63,472 nucleotides of DNA, filler included, from Octopus bimaculoides (GCF_001194135.2; 6 parts of 6 records of this genome joined end to end with filler, not necessarily neighbours in it), one strand, 5' to 3'. Numbered from the whole stretch's first letter, positions 23,636 through 36,692 are shown. Notes: generated from the sequence alone by a model not told the origin. Program-made: numbers and translations.

Positions 23636-24905
23636 CAGGTTGCGTAATGTATTTGAGGACATATGTTAATTTTATTATAGCAGCATATTATAAACTTAAT
23701 ATTTTCTACATTTCAGAATTATCAATTGTAGAGCCTATGATTACACAAGAAATGAAGAGGCGCGCAGTCATCGTGGCTATAAAGGCTGAAGATAGCAATT
23801 TAGAAATAGCACGATTTTCAAAAGTCACTAGATCCTTCGTCTACAAAATTCGCAAGGAGTTAGAGGCAAGGACGGAAATGTATTGCCAGTATCAAAACGT
23901 AAGACACATTGTAGACGCATTGATACTATTAGAACACCAGAATTTATTCAACAAGTAAAGGAGAACATTAATGACAATCCCAGAAGATCCATAAGGCTGA
24001 TTGCAAAGGAACCCCATGTGTCAGAAGGAACAATCTGAAATGTTGCCTACAAAGACATCAGATGCAAATCTTATGCGATGAGAAAAGGTCATTTCATGTC
24101 AGAAATAATGAAGGAAAATCGCTTAATCAGATCTAAAAGACTCCTGAAAAAAATTTTAAGACCGAGCAGAGAAAAATATCATTTGGTTCTTCTTAGACGA
24201 GACAAACTTTGATCAAGATCATTAAGTGAACAGAAGAAATGACAGATGGCTATGTATAGACACTTCGGATGTTCCAAAAGTAATGAATACAAAATACAAA
24301 ATTTTCCTGCAACTGTCATGGTTTTGGGGGTTGTCAGCAATGGAGGACATGTGATACCTCCTCACTTATTTCCACAAGGTCTTCGAGTAAACTCTGCTGC
24401 CTACATAAATATTCTGAATACAGTGGTTAAACCATGGATCGATAATGTATGCAACGGAAGACCTTATGTATTTCAACAAGACTCGGCATCATCACACAAG
24501 GCTACAGCAACGCAGGAATGGATGACGGAAAATTTTCATGGACACATAACCCCCTACATTTGCCCTCCTAGCTCTCAAGACCTCAATCCATTGGACTACT
24601 ATGTACGAGCTAGTTGAGGAAGAGATTAATGAGCACGCTCATAACACCAAAGAATCCCTAAAAGCCTTCATAGTCAGAGTAATGTCCAATCTGAACACAG
24701 ACCACTTGATCCTAGCATGAAGGCGATTTAAACCTCGCATAGAAGCCGTTAGTGAAGCTGAAGGAGACTTTCTTGAATAAAATGACGAAACTATATGTTT
24801 ATTCTTAACCTCAAAACCTTTTTTAGTAAAAAGGCATTACTATCTGATTCTAAGAGTCATTTTTGTGTAATTATATAACTGTCCTCAAATACCTTACGCA
24901 TCCTG
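23636..24905 (+). mobile_element. Full-length DD37D (maT-type) Tc1/mariner transposon with frameshifted transposase
   Basis: TIRs CAGGTTGCGTAATGTATTTGAGGACA and TGTCCTCAAATACCTTACGCATCCTG (2 mismatches), with TA on both flanks. Catalytic motifs FLDETNFDQ, FQQDSASSHKA and SQDLNPLDYY. I count 37 residues between the second and third D. Confidence 0.95.
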
Positions 24906-24908
24906 TAT

Positions 24909-24954
<46 letters not shown>

Positions 24955-24996
24955 TATACACATATATGCAGGTCATAGTACCGCAAGAGCTATTTT

Positions 24997-25218
24997 AATT
25001 GTTTCTAATTCAAGCACAAACCCAGCAATTCTTAAGGGAAATAGGTATGTCGATCACAATTGACCCAAGAACTTGTTGAGCATTTTATTTTAGCGAGACC
25101 GAAGGGATGAAAAGTAAAACTGACCGCGATTAGCATTTGAACTCGGGGCCACAGATTCGTAAGAATACTCCGCTCAGCAATTTTGCACTACAGCCTAACG
25201 ATTCTACCAATCCACTAC
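24997..25218 (-). mobile_element. SINE family B, old and diverged
   Basis: GATCACAATTGACCC..ATTTTATTTT..CCGAAGGGATGAAAAGTAAA..ATTTGAACTC pattern. Confidence 0.6.
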
Positions 25219-26898
25219 TTTCTATGTGCTATAATGGAATAATGTTCAGAATACCGCTTCATTGTGAGATAATTTTAGCCTATTTGTAAGCTTTTTCGTC
25301 TAATTTATACTTCACTGCCAAAGAAGTTTAGGCAAGAATTAAATGACTCTGTCATATTATTCATGTTTCTTTTCTATCATCCTTTCGTTCCCCTTACTTC
25401 ATTCAATTTCTGCTTCAGAGATATTTTTAAGTGATTGCATGCCAGTAAGCAATGACATATCTTCCCCCCCCCCCACTCTCTCTCTCTCTCGAAAGAGATA
25501 GATAGATAGATACATACATACATATATGCATCCATATATGCATATATATATATATATATANNNNNNNNNNNNNNNNNNNNNNNNNNNNNNNNNNNNNNNN
25601 NNNNNNNNNNNNNNNNNNNNNNNNNNNNNNNNNNNNNNNNNNNNNNNNNNNNNNNNNNNNNNNNNNNNNNNNNNNNNNNNNNNNNNNNNNNNNNNNNNNN
25701 NNNNNNNNNNNNNNNNNNNNNNNNNNNNNNNNNNNNNNNNNNNNNNNNNNNNNNNNNNNNNNNNNNNNNNNNNNNNNNNNNNNNNNNNNNNNNNNNNNAT
25801 ATATATATACACATACATACACAAATATGTATATATATATATATATATTTCTATAAATTGCATTTTTGCATTTTATTTGTGTGGTTGTCTTGTTTTGGTT
25901 TGAGAGCTGAAGCATGTTAACTTTTCTTTTTCCTTTTTGGCGTTGATGGAAGCGAGTTAGTTATTTTATTTCGTTGTTGCTTGTTTCATTTTATTTGTCC
26001 TAAATATTCTATACAGAGAATTGGCAGGATATACTATTACATCTTCCTGCTAATTTGAAAAGAGCCGCCTCTATTGCTTCTGCAGCTGCTGGTTCCATTA
26101 TGAAAGTGCTGTTCCATTTACGGACTAAGTGAGTAGTTATCATACACGACACTAGCTGTCACATAGGTTAATTTTCCATTCACCAGTTGAATGCATTTGT
26201 GTGTTTACGCTGCATGTTATTGTAGTCATTGCCTGTGAAAAGCAATAATTGACTTTCCTTTAAGCATCTTAGGAGTAAGGACGAAATCTGTCACATTTAT
26301 ATAGTACTTTAATTAAATTTTATTCCCTGGAATCTTTTTCCCGGACGTTTTGAATTGGCATTCAATATCTGAATCATTTAGACGATCATCTTACTTGAAT
26401 ACTATACTGACGTCTTCCACAACCATGTTCCGTTACTGCGGATAAGTTAGGCATAAATAAAAATCACTGCGCTCCACATCTCTTAACCTAAATGCCATTG
26501 TGCTATAAAAATGGGAAGGGAAAGAATGAAGTGCTATATTTATAATAGTCAGTTAAACAACATCTATGCCTCAGATTACTTTTAACGGTATACTAATAAT
26601 CTCTATGTATAGATATACACGCATATTCATACATATATCTACGTATATACACACGCGCGCGTGTATGTGTGTGTGTGTGCTTTTGATGTGTGTATGTATG
26701 TACATATGTGTGTATGTATGTATGTATGTATGTATGTATGTATGTATGTATAGAACAAGAGGTAAAAAGGATTAATAAATCCAAGCACATATCTAGATCT
26801 AGAAAGAACAATAGAAACGATCAATGGTAATGTATGTTGTAACCATCAATTAAGGTTATGATTTTCTCCATTCCTGCTCATGTTGTTAGATATATCAG

Positions 26899-26998
26899 NN
26901 NNNNNNNNNNNNNNNNNNNNNNNNNNNNNNNNNNNNNNNNNNTTAATTAATTAANNNNNNNNNNNNNNNNNNNNNNNNNNNNNNNNNNNNNNNNNNNN
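26899..26998. other. Artificial scaffold join (44 N + TTAATTAATTAA + 44 N)
   Basis: The same 100-bp construct has its 12-mer at 26943, 39978, 51166, 53192 and 60524. The 12-mer is palindromic and has TAA stops in all six frames. Confidence 0.95.
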
Positions 26999-27008
26999 AT
27001 ATATATAC

Positions 27009-27044
<36 letters not shown>

Positions 27045-28300
27045 ATTGAAGGGCCAAACGCCAACATCTAACGCTATTGTTTCCTGGGGCAGATAGAAGG
27101 TGCTGGAGTAGGGAGGAGGCGGTATACATGCATGTAAGAACATACAAACAAAATAAGAAAAATACCCTCCTCCCCAAAACAATAACACACCAAACAAACA
27201 AACAAACAAAGAAATGCAACAAAACTAAACAATAAATTTAGTCCATAAACACAAAGGTAAACGCAAACATAAGCAAAACGAACGCAGCTGAAAAGAGAAA
27301 GAAAACTGAAAAAAAAAAAGAAATAATAACAAGAAAAATTCTAAACAAAAGAGACTATAAAGTCGCTTGTGCTAGTAACCTTAGGTGTACATAATCGATA
27401 ACCTAAGTCAATTATTGAACCATACACACACGCACACCTACGCACACTCACACACATACACTCATACACACAATCAAACACATGTATATTTGTGTGTGTG
27501 TNNNNNNNNNNNNNNNNNNNNNNNNNNNNNNNNNNNNNNNNNNNNNNNNNNNNNNNNNNNNNNNNNNNNNNNNNNNNNNNNNNNNNNNNNNNNNNNNNNN
27601 NNNNNNNNNNNNNNNNNNNNNNNNNNNNNNNNNNNNNNNNNNNNNNNNNNNNNNNNNNNNNNNNNNNNNNNNNNNNNNNNNNNNNNNNNNNNNNNNNNNN
27701 NNNNNNNNNNNNNNNNNNNNNNNNNNNNNNNNNNNNNNNNNNNNNNNNNNNNNNNNNNNNNNNNNNNNNNNNNNNNNNNNNNNNNNNNNNNNNNNNNNNN
27801 NNNNNNNNNNNNNNNNNNNNNNNNNNNNNNNNNNNNNNNNNNNNNNNNNNNNNNNNNNNNNNNNNNNNNNNNNNNNNNNNNNNNNNNNNNNNNNNNNNNN
27901 NNNNNNNNNNNNNNNNNNNNNNNNNNNNNNNNNNNNNNNNNNNNNNNNNNNNNNNNNNNNNNNNNNNNNNNNNNNNNNNNNNNNNNNNNNNNNNNNNNNN
28001 NNNNNNNNNNNNNNNNNNNNNNNNNNNNNNNNNNNNNNNNNNNNNNNNNNNNNNNNNNNNNNNNNNNNNNNNNNNNNNNNNNNNNNNNNNNNNNNNNNNN
28101 NNNNNNNNNNNATATATATATATATATATATATATACATACATATACATATATATGTGTGTGTGTATGTATGCATGTATATATGTCTGTGTGTGTTTGTG
28201 TGAGTGTGTGTACACGTCATACGTAGACAGAGATGAACTTACATATGATATACTTTTATAAACATACAACGCTATTATGGTCTTATCACCGCAACGCCAT

Positions 28301-28351
<51 letters not shown>

Positions 28352-28386
28352 CTATGTTTGAAAGTTACACACAAACACGCCCACAT

Positions 28387-28436
<50 letters not shown>

Positions 28437-28502
28437 CACACACACACACGCACACACGAACACGCACGCACACACAAACACGCACACACATACATACATA
28501 CA

Positions 28503-28533
<31 letters not shown>

Positions 28534-29068
28534 TTTTTAATGTTTTGCTATCAATGTGAAGTTATATACGAAAATATTAAAGCGTAGGATTACTCAAATG
28601 TTTTTGGAGAGAATATCTTTGTCAACTTTTACAAAGAGAAGTTGAAAGTGACTTCGAAGTTTCGATTTCCTCGCCTTCGTCATTGCCTATCTTTTCCTCT
28701 TGATAGTTAATATAGATACATGCATACATGCATACATACACGCATATGCATACAGGTATGTATGTATATACATACCCACACGCATACACACGCATACACA
28801 TATATGATAAAGGAGTTTTCGTCAGAGATATTCAAACTAATAAGTATGCGCTTTGAGTGCTGAAATAAGTATGGCACTAAAATTCCGTTTTGAACTGCAG
28901 TTGAAGGTAAGAGTTTTTGACTGCCTTATCCAAAGCGGCTGGAAGTGGCTTCTCCTTGAGTTGGCAGGTTTAGGTTAAAGTAGAAAAGAGAAGGCAAACA
29001 TTTTGGTGAGATTTCACAAGGACATTTAATTTAGCTTTGTGATAAAAGGTTTAGAGATAGAGAGGTAA

Positions 29069-29127
<59 letters not shown>

Positions 29128-29934
29128 TACAAACCATACATACGTAAATACATACACGTCCACTCACACATACACACACAGCACCCATATACACGAGGCG
29201 CACATAGATATACGTTACTGTGATATCTCTCACTGACACTCNNNNNNNNNNNNNNNNNNNNNNNNNNNNNNNNNNNNNNNNNNNNNNNNNNNNNNNNNNN
29301 NNNNNNNNNNNNNNNNNNNNNNNNNNNNNNNNNNNNNNNNNNNNNNNNNNNNNNNNNNNNNNNNNNNNNNNNNNNNNNNNNNNNNNNNNNNNNNNNNNNN
29401 NNNNNNNNNNNNNNNNNNNNNNNNNNNNNNNNNNNNNNNNNNNNNNNNNNNNNNNNNNNNNNNNNNNNNNNNNNNNNNNNNNNNNNNNNNNNNNNNNNNN
29501 NNNNNNNNNNNNNNNNNNNNNNNNNNNNNNNNNNNNNNNNNNNNNNNNNNNNNNNNNNNNNNNNNNNNNNNNNNNNNNNNNNNNNNNNNNNNNNNNNNNN
29601 NNNNNNNNNNNNNNNNNNNNNNNNNNNNNNNNNNNNNNNNNNNNNNNNNNNNNNNNNNNNNNNNNNNNNNNNNNNNNNNNNNNNNNNNNNNNNNNNNNNN
29701 NNNNNNNNNNNNNNNNNNNNNNNNNNNNNNNNNNNNNNNNNNNNNNNNNNNNNNNNNNNNNNNNNNNNNNNNNNNNNNNNNNNNNNNNNNNNNNNNNNNN
29801 NNNNNNNNNNNNNNNNNNNNNNNNNNNNNNNNNNNNNNNNNNNNNNNNNNNGGGGTGGGGTGGGGGGTTACTGAACGAAACAAAAACAACGGTAAAACAA
29901 CAACGATGTTACACCAGTATTTGAATCAATGGTG

Positions 29935-30062
29935 GGGTGGAGGTGGTGGTGGTGATGATGATGATGACAACGACGACGGCGAGAACGATGACAATCATAG
30001 TGTTGCTGTTGCTGTTGATGATGATGATAGTGGCGACGACGATAACAACGATTATGTTGAAA

Positions 30063-30095
<33 letters not shown>

Positions 30096-30388
30096 ATGAT
30101 GATGATGACGACGACGACGACGACGAGAATGGTGATGATGGTGATGACAACAATCTTGTGTCTAATCGAGCGTGCCCCGAATCAATATGAACAACAACTG
30201 AAGCAGCCGTAATAATATATTAATAAGGATGATTTCTTTTCACGAAATACACCACCATCACCACCACCAACACCACCACCACCATTAACACCTCCATCAC
30301 CATCACCACTTTCACCACCACCAACACCATATTAGAATAATAATAATAATAAAATTAATAATAAATAACGATAACAGTAGTAGTAGTA

Positions 30389-30446
<58 letters not shown>

Positions 30447-30470
30447 AAATAATGATGATGATGATGATAA
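29935..30470. repeat. Trinucleotide microsatellite cluster (GAT/GAC, CAC, AAT)
   Basis: Directly visible. It explains the poly-D/M/L ORFs. Confidence 0.95.
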
Positions 30471-30509
30471 TTTTGGGGTCAAAGAGACCAGTACATTCAA
30501 TATATAACG

Positions 30510-30547
<38 letters not shown>

Positions 30548-31846
30548 AGTAGGGTTGTACATATAAAGACATATTGAATAGCTTTTGTCTATCAAACAAA
30601 TAAAAGTCAACTGAACTATGTAAAAGTGAGAAATCGTTCTCGGGTAAGATCATGCACGCCACTGCATCTCACAGCATCTCCTCATACTTCGGTGTCGACC
30701 AAATCGTAAAGACTCCCATATCTGTTTAGCAATCGATCTCAAGCAACTGATAGATTACTGGTTTGGTTTTTACCGTTAGTCTTTTATTTAGGTGTTCTAT
30801 AAGTTCAGACCCTATTTCACCTTCAATGATCACACATAAAATTTCGTCTACCTTCAGGCGGAGTTTGGTAAATCTATGATGCTACTATTGAGGATTTCGA
30901 CAGCGATGGATTTCCGGTAAGCCAGTAGCAATTCTTAAAGTCTCTCTTGAGTCTGGAAACATTATGTATAATTAAATAAATTAATGTATTATTTATATTA
31001 TATCGTACAATACATAAATTATAATAGATAATTATAATAGATAAATTATAGATAATTCAATAAGACACAGATGGGAAACTGTCACCTAGGTTTCATTTAG
31101 GCACCTCACAACCCTAACTACCCCGTACTCTGCGCCCAAATTCTCAAAATGCTTGTCTCTTAAGCTGCTAGCAAGCACCTCAGTTATCTTGGTTAATGAG
31201 ATAAAGTTCGTGTTTTATTTCTGTTGGTTAAAGTGTAACAATTCATAGAAACTTAAAGTTTTCTTTTTGCCAGTCGCTTATCCCTGACATGCTCCACATA
31301 ATCGGAGCTTCTTTCCTCTTAAATTTACACTTTATCTTTTTATAGTTCGTTCAAATTGTCTATCCGTGCCCTTCGTAGCTGTTCCGATGAGAAGACGGAT
31401 TTCTTGTTGCACTTTATGCTCGACTTTTGCTTCGGTTCTATTTTTGGGGTTTTTTTGCCTCATTCTTTCTTTTCTCTCATCCCGAGAGTTTGCAACATGT
31501 CTTCATTCGCCATGTCTTCCACGTCCTCGCAGTACGAAGGAACTGTACTACTGGTTGTGACATTTAAATAAGATCCTTTGTCTTTAGTTCCAGACCCTGG
31601 AGATGGGGTGAATTTGTTTCGCTATACTGAATGTTGTGATTAGTGACATGCTAGAAATGGTAGTTCATGTGACCCGTTGTTACTGCTATTCTCTGTAATG
31701 TTACTTCCTTCCACGGTGTTCGTGTATTCGCAACTCACACACTATCGTGCATGTACAGTTTACACAAGACGCGACCTTCTTTCCTATAATGCTTTCTGAT
31801 CAACGTGGTATTAGAAATCGTCCGCAATCCCTTGTTCGTACAGACA

Positions 31847-32006
31847 CAGGCGTAGTTGTGTGGTTAAGGTGTTCACTTAGCAGCCGTGTGATTTGGGGTT
31901 CAGTTCCACTCCACGGTATTTCAGGCAAGTGTCTTGTACTGTAGCCCCGTGCCTGACAAAGGCTTGGAAGTGAATATGTTAAACGGAAACTGTATGGAAG
32001 CTCGTT

Positions 32007-32008
<2 letters not shown>
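31847..32008 (+). mobile_element. SINE family A head, diverged
   Basis: GGCGTAGTTGTGTGGTTAAG..GGGGTTCAGTTCCACT..GGCAAGTGTCTT..AAACGGAAACTG. Confidence 0.75.
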
Positions 32009-32051
<43 letters not shown>

Positions 32052-32061
32052 NNNNNNNNNN

Positions 32062-32104
<43 letters not shown>

Positions 32105-32153
32105 ACTCAAGCACACACATATATATTTACATACATATATACATATACATATA

Positions 32154-32713
32154 CGAGGGTGAGTCAAAAAGTAATGCCATTTTATTTATGACATGTATAA
32201 TTGCCAACTCAGGAACATGTGTCATCAAAGTGAAACTGGTCCTCTGTGGATCACATCCCTAATTCTCAACATAGTCACCGTTTCTCTCAAAAGCAATGTT
32301 CCACCTTCGAATGAGAGCATGAATCCCTACCCCATAAAATTTTGTTGACTGTTCTTTGAGGTACTTTTTCACTACAGTTTTCATTTCCTCGTCACTGGAA
32401 TAATATTTGCCTCTCAAACCTTCTTTCATGGGGCCGAAGACACGATAGTCCAGTGACGATGATAGTCCAGTGACGAAAAAGAGAAAACTGTAATGAAGAA
32501 GTGGCTCAAAGAAGTCAACAGAATTTTACAGGACAGGGATACATGCTCTCATTCGAAGGTGGAACATTGCTTTTGAGAGAAACGGTGACTATGTTGAGAA
32601 GTAGGGATGTGATCCACAGAGGACCAGCTTCATTTTGATGTATGACACATGTTCGTTTGCTGGTAATTATACCTGTCTTAAACAAAATGGCATTACTTTT
32701 TGACTCACCCTCG
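32154..32713. mobile_element. Palindromic mariner-derived MITE made of two inverted right ends
   Basis: Identical 30-bp termini CGAGGGTGAGTCAAAAAGTAATGCCATTTT, with TA flanks. The arms are about 245 bp and each encodes a mariner C-terminus (..LFGPMKEGLRGKYYSSDEEMK..GIHALIRRWNIAFERNGDYVE). There is a 17-bp tandem duplication at the centre. Confidence 0.92.
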
Positions 32714-32723
32714 TATATATAAA

Positions 32724-32756
<33 letters not shown>

Positions 32757-32764
32757 TATGCATG

Positions 32765-32823
<59 letters not shown>

Positions 32824-33147
32824 GTGTAAATCAGTCGTCTGTTAGAAAGCAGTTTGTTAAGCTGTAATACAGGATACTGTGAGTTGGTTATTTTCAATGA
32901 GGTTTTAATAAAGGCTAAAGAATGTAGTTACCAAGCCGTGTTTAGCATCGCCTGTCGTAGCCACCCAACCACTTAGCGTTACATATTTTTATGGGGCCAC
33001 CAGGATACGTGGTGGATCGACTTGTTAAAAATAACAGCCATACTTTCATCGATTTGCACTTGACTGTGCTAAAAAAAGGAGTGACATATTGGACAAGGTA
33101 GTCTGAGATATATAACGCCCGATGAAAGAAGCGATTCTATTGCGTGC

Positions 33148-33198
<51 letters not shown>

Positions 33199-33200
<2 letters not shown>

Positions 33201-34372
33201 AGGGGAAGTTAAAACTTATGTGCTCTTTCTCTACAACTTTTTTTAGGCTGGCCGCACTACCTTCAGCGGTCACGTGCTAAATGGCGCGGTATTCTTGTGG
33301 TTACGTAACCGCGCTCAATCGCGTAGAAATGCGTATGAGTGGGTCAAAAAGTTTAAAATGGCCGGACAAGCGTGAAGCACGAAAAGGAACAGAACGCCCA
33401 TCAACCTCCACCATTGACGTGAAGATTCAACAAGCTTTCCTATATGCTTTCCTATGAGGTGGCATATTCTCTGCGAATTAGTTATGGTTCTGCATACGAG
33501 CTTCATGGTTCTGCATACATGGTTCTCATGGTTCTGCTTCATGGTTCTCATGGTTCTGCATACAAGCTTCGCTCTCGTAAAGTCTGTGCAAGATTAGTGC
33601 CAAAAGAGACTACCAAAGAGTATAACCGCAGTGGTGAGGAGATCTGGCAACGCTTAATCGAACGCTACAACAGTGAAGATGAAACGCTTTTGGAAAGAAT
33701 TATCACAAATGAAGCCTGCTTACATATGTTCAGCCAGAATTCGAAAAACAGGGTGCGAAGTGGAAACACTCGGAATCGCTCGCGAAAAATAAATTCCAAC
33801 CGTCCGCTGTAAAAGTGATGCCAACTGTTTAGGGGATGCAAAAAAGGGTCTATACTGGAACATTACCAAGAAAAAGGATTTACAGTTATCTGTGTAGGGC
33901 ATAGTGAAATGATGGCCAACAAGCTGAAACGAGCGATTCGCACCAAACGCCGGGGTCTATTGTCAAATTAAGTGTTATTGATCACATAAGTCCATATACG
34001 GCCACCCACATCGTTGAAACCATTGAAAAATTAGGTTTCGATTGCTAGAAGACTCTACATACAGTTCAGATCTCACCCATTCCGACTATCACCTCTTTGG
34101 ACTGCTCAAACATCCTTTACACAGTCGTCAATTTGCTACGGATGAAGAAGAGCAAAAAGCTTGCTTAGTTCATTGGAAGAGATTTTCGACTGCGCGACTA
34201 ACCGAAAATCTTCTTTTCCAATGAAATAAGCAAACTTGCAGACCGCTGGAAGAAGTGCATCGAACAGTAAAAAGACACTATGTCGTAAAATGATGTGTAA
34301 TTTTTCAACTCCTGCTTTTGTTTTCATAAATTACAGAAACAAGAGTGCGTGTAACTTTCTAACTGAATCATA
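33199..34372 (+). mobile_element. Mariner (DD34D-type) transposon, near full length, decayed
   Basis: YEWVKKFK, ISYGSAY..RKVCARLVPKE, LLERIITNE, KVMPTV, AIRTKRRGLLS and YSSDLTHSDYHLFGLLK. Degenerate inverted termini at about 33199-33226 and 34342-34372. Confidence 0.85.
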
Positions 34373-34498
34373 GCGGATACTAAAAAACAGTTGTTAGAAT
34401 TCATTAGTTCTGAGGAAGTTATGTCACTGGCACACAGCTCTGGGTGTACGCTTACTCATAGCAGAATCAGCCGTAATGGAAGCATAGATATATACATA

Positions 34499-34839
34499 TA
34501 GGGTAAAGACCTCCTTCGGTCATGAATGACCATGGGATTGCACCTAGAAAGTCACCCTTCAGGGCACAAGTCCGGGCAAGGCTGCTTATGGAAGACCAGC
34601 AGTCGCTCATGCATACCAGCCTTTCCTCTCTATGCCACTGATGTTATCCAAGGGAAAGGCAAAGGGGCCGATACAGCTTGGTACCGGTGACATTGCAAGC
34701 CATTTCTACAGCTGAGTGAACTGGAGCAACATGAAATAAAGTGTCTTGCTCAAGGACACAACATGTAGCCCAGTCTGGGAACCGAACTCACAACCTCATG
34801 TTTGCGAGCCGGACACACTAACTACTGAGCCATGCACCT
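34499..34839 (-). mobile_element. tRNA-derived SINE family C (V-domain-like centre)
   Basis: Minus strand reads AGGTGCATGGCTCAGTAGTTAG (box A), GTGAGTTCGGTTCCC (box B), GTGTCCTTGAGCAAGACACTTTATTTC, and a long distinct 3' tail. Confidence 0.85.
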
Positions 34840-36222
34840 TCGATATATATATATATATANNNNNNNNNNNNNNNNNNNNNNNNNNNNNNNNNNNNNNNNN
34901 NNNNNNNNNNNNNNNNNNNNNNNNNNNNNNNNNNNNNNNNNNNNNNNNNNNNNNNNNNNNNNNNNNNNNNNNNNNNNNNNNNNNNNNNNNNNNNNNNNNN
35001 NNNNNNNNNNNNNNNNNNNNNNNNNNNNNNNNNNNNNNNNNNNNNNNNNNNNNNNNNNNNNNNNNNNNNNNNNNNNNNNNNNNNNNNNNNNNNNATATAT
35101 ATATATATATATATATATAAAGCACATATGAAATCTTAGCCGTCACTCATAAGCGAGTTTCAAGTAGTAGCATATGCTTTTGCTACTGTTTTTGCTTGCA
35201 TGCTTTCACTGTTTTAGGCACCTACGTAATCACGAGGAAACATAGCTACTCTCTCACCCCACTCACTCCTCCCACCCTCGACTCAGCTGAACATCCAGGA
35301 TGTAGTCTGCCTACTGGAAAGAGGAAATTCTGCGCCAGTACTTGATTGGCCCATTTTCTGCCGAATAGAAGTGTGTAATGGGAAATGAAGTGTCATAATT
35401 TTAAATATTTATATAACAATCAAATGCCTTAGCAATAACATAAATAAAACGATGCATCCATAATGAATTATGTCTTCAATTTCCTTCCATAGTTTATCAC
35501 TCAATTGTCTTACAAATAACATAAATGTTGTGATTATGCCTTTGATTTCGTTCCATAGTTAAGAAGGCGTTTGTTTAAAGCCCTACCTAGGTAAACCGTA
35601 ACAAATTAATATTATAGATAATTAATTATAATGAATACTGGTCGCTTAATGTGATAGAATCAGCTTCAAAAGAATACTGCCGGCCATCGTTGCTATTGGA
35701 TCTAGAACCTTCTATCGATTCTTCAATGCAATTCGTTTTCGCTCGTTTCCGTTCGTTCATTATATAGAACTGATGAGCGTGGTGCAAACGCTATTGTTGT
35801 TGTTGTTGTTGTTGTTGTTGTTACTGTTGTACAGCCCCAGGTCCAGAGCAAACCTGATTGAACAGATCATAGATCGAAGACGTTCAAATTATGACTTTTT
35901 ATTTTTATTAGAAACGTCAGCACTCCGAGCAAAATGCTTTTCACTCATGTCAATTCCAATTTCTCCGACATATTCCTCGAACATGGGGGCTAATGTTCCG
36001 TGTGCCGCCACTTCAACTACTGGCATGAAAATTACTTTCTTCATTGCCCAAAATTCTTGTAATTTTGTCTTTCCACCTTTTCCAACTCTTTGTCATCTGC
36101 CCGTGAGTCCGCAGGAATGGCAAAATCTATGATCTTAGTTTTCTTTTTCCATTCATCCGTTACAACAATGTCCGGTCACCGAGCATCAATTAAAAAAATT
36201 ACATTGGATAGTAAACTCTCAT

Positions 36223-36297
<75 letters not shown>

Positions 36298-36326
36298 TTC
36301 ATCATTATTATTATTATTATGACTAA

Positions 36327-36604
36327 GGCGGTGAGCTGGCAGAATAGTTAGCACGCCGTACAAAAATGCTTAACGGCATTTCGTCCGTCTTTACGTTCTG
36401 AGTTCAAATTCCACTGGAGTCGTCTATGCCTTTCACCCTTTCGGGGTCGATGAGATAAATACCAGTGAAGCGCTGGGGGTCAATGTAATCGACTAGTACT
36501 CTCCCCCAAAATTTCAGGCTTTGTGCCTTTGGTAGAAGGGATTATTATTATTATTATTATTATTATCATTATTATTATTATTATTATTATTATTGTTATT
36601 ATTA

Positions 36605-36684
<80 letters not shown>

Positions 36685-36690
36685 GTTATT
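36327..36690 (+). mobile_element. SINE family B, full length, with expanded (ATT)n tail
   Basis: GGCGGTGAGCTGGCAGAATAG..GAGTTCAAATTCC..GCCTTTCACCCTTTCGGGGTCGAT..AAATTTCAGGCTTTGTGCC..AGGGATTATT(ATT)n. It lies just after a (CAT)n(TAT)n tract. Confidence 0.9.
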
Positions 36691-36692
36691 AC

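Noticed and set aside
26943-26954. TTAATTAATTAA recurring five times as a CRISPR-like or regulatory repeat
   Set aside because: Always centred in an exact 100-bp N spacer, so it is an assembly linker.
29855-30212. Asp-rich 111-aa ORF resembling acidic biomineralisation proteins
   Set aside because: It is an imperfect (GAT/GAC)n microsatellite next to a gap, with no signal peptide or splice evidence. Similar tracts are common in this window.
17408-31530. Shared 15-mer CTTCCACGTCCTCGC near 17408 and 31516
   Set aside because: No flanking similarity, and about one such match is expected by chance in a window this size.
35769-35795. CTGATGA-GCGT-GGTGCAA-ACGC as a hammerhead core
   Set aside because: GAAA and the rest of the core are absent; the sequence runs into (TTG)n.
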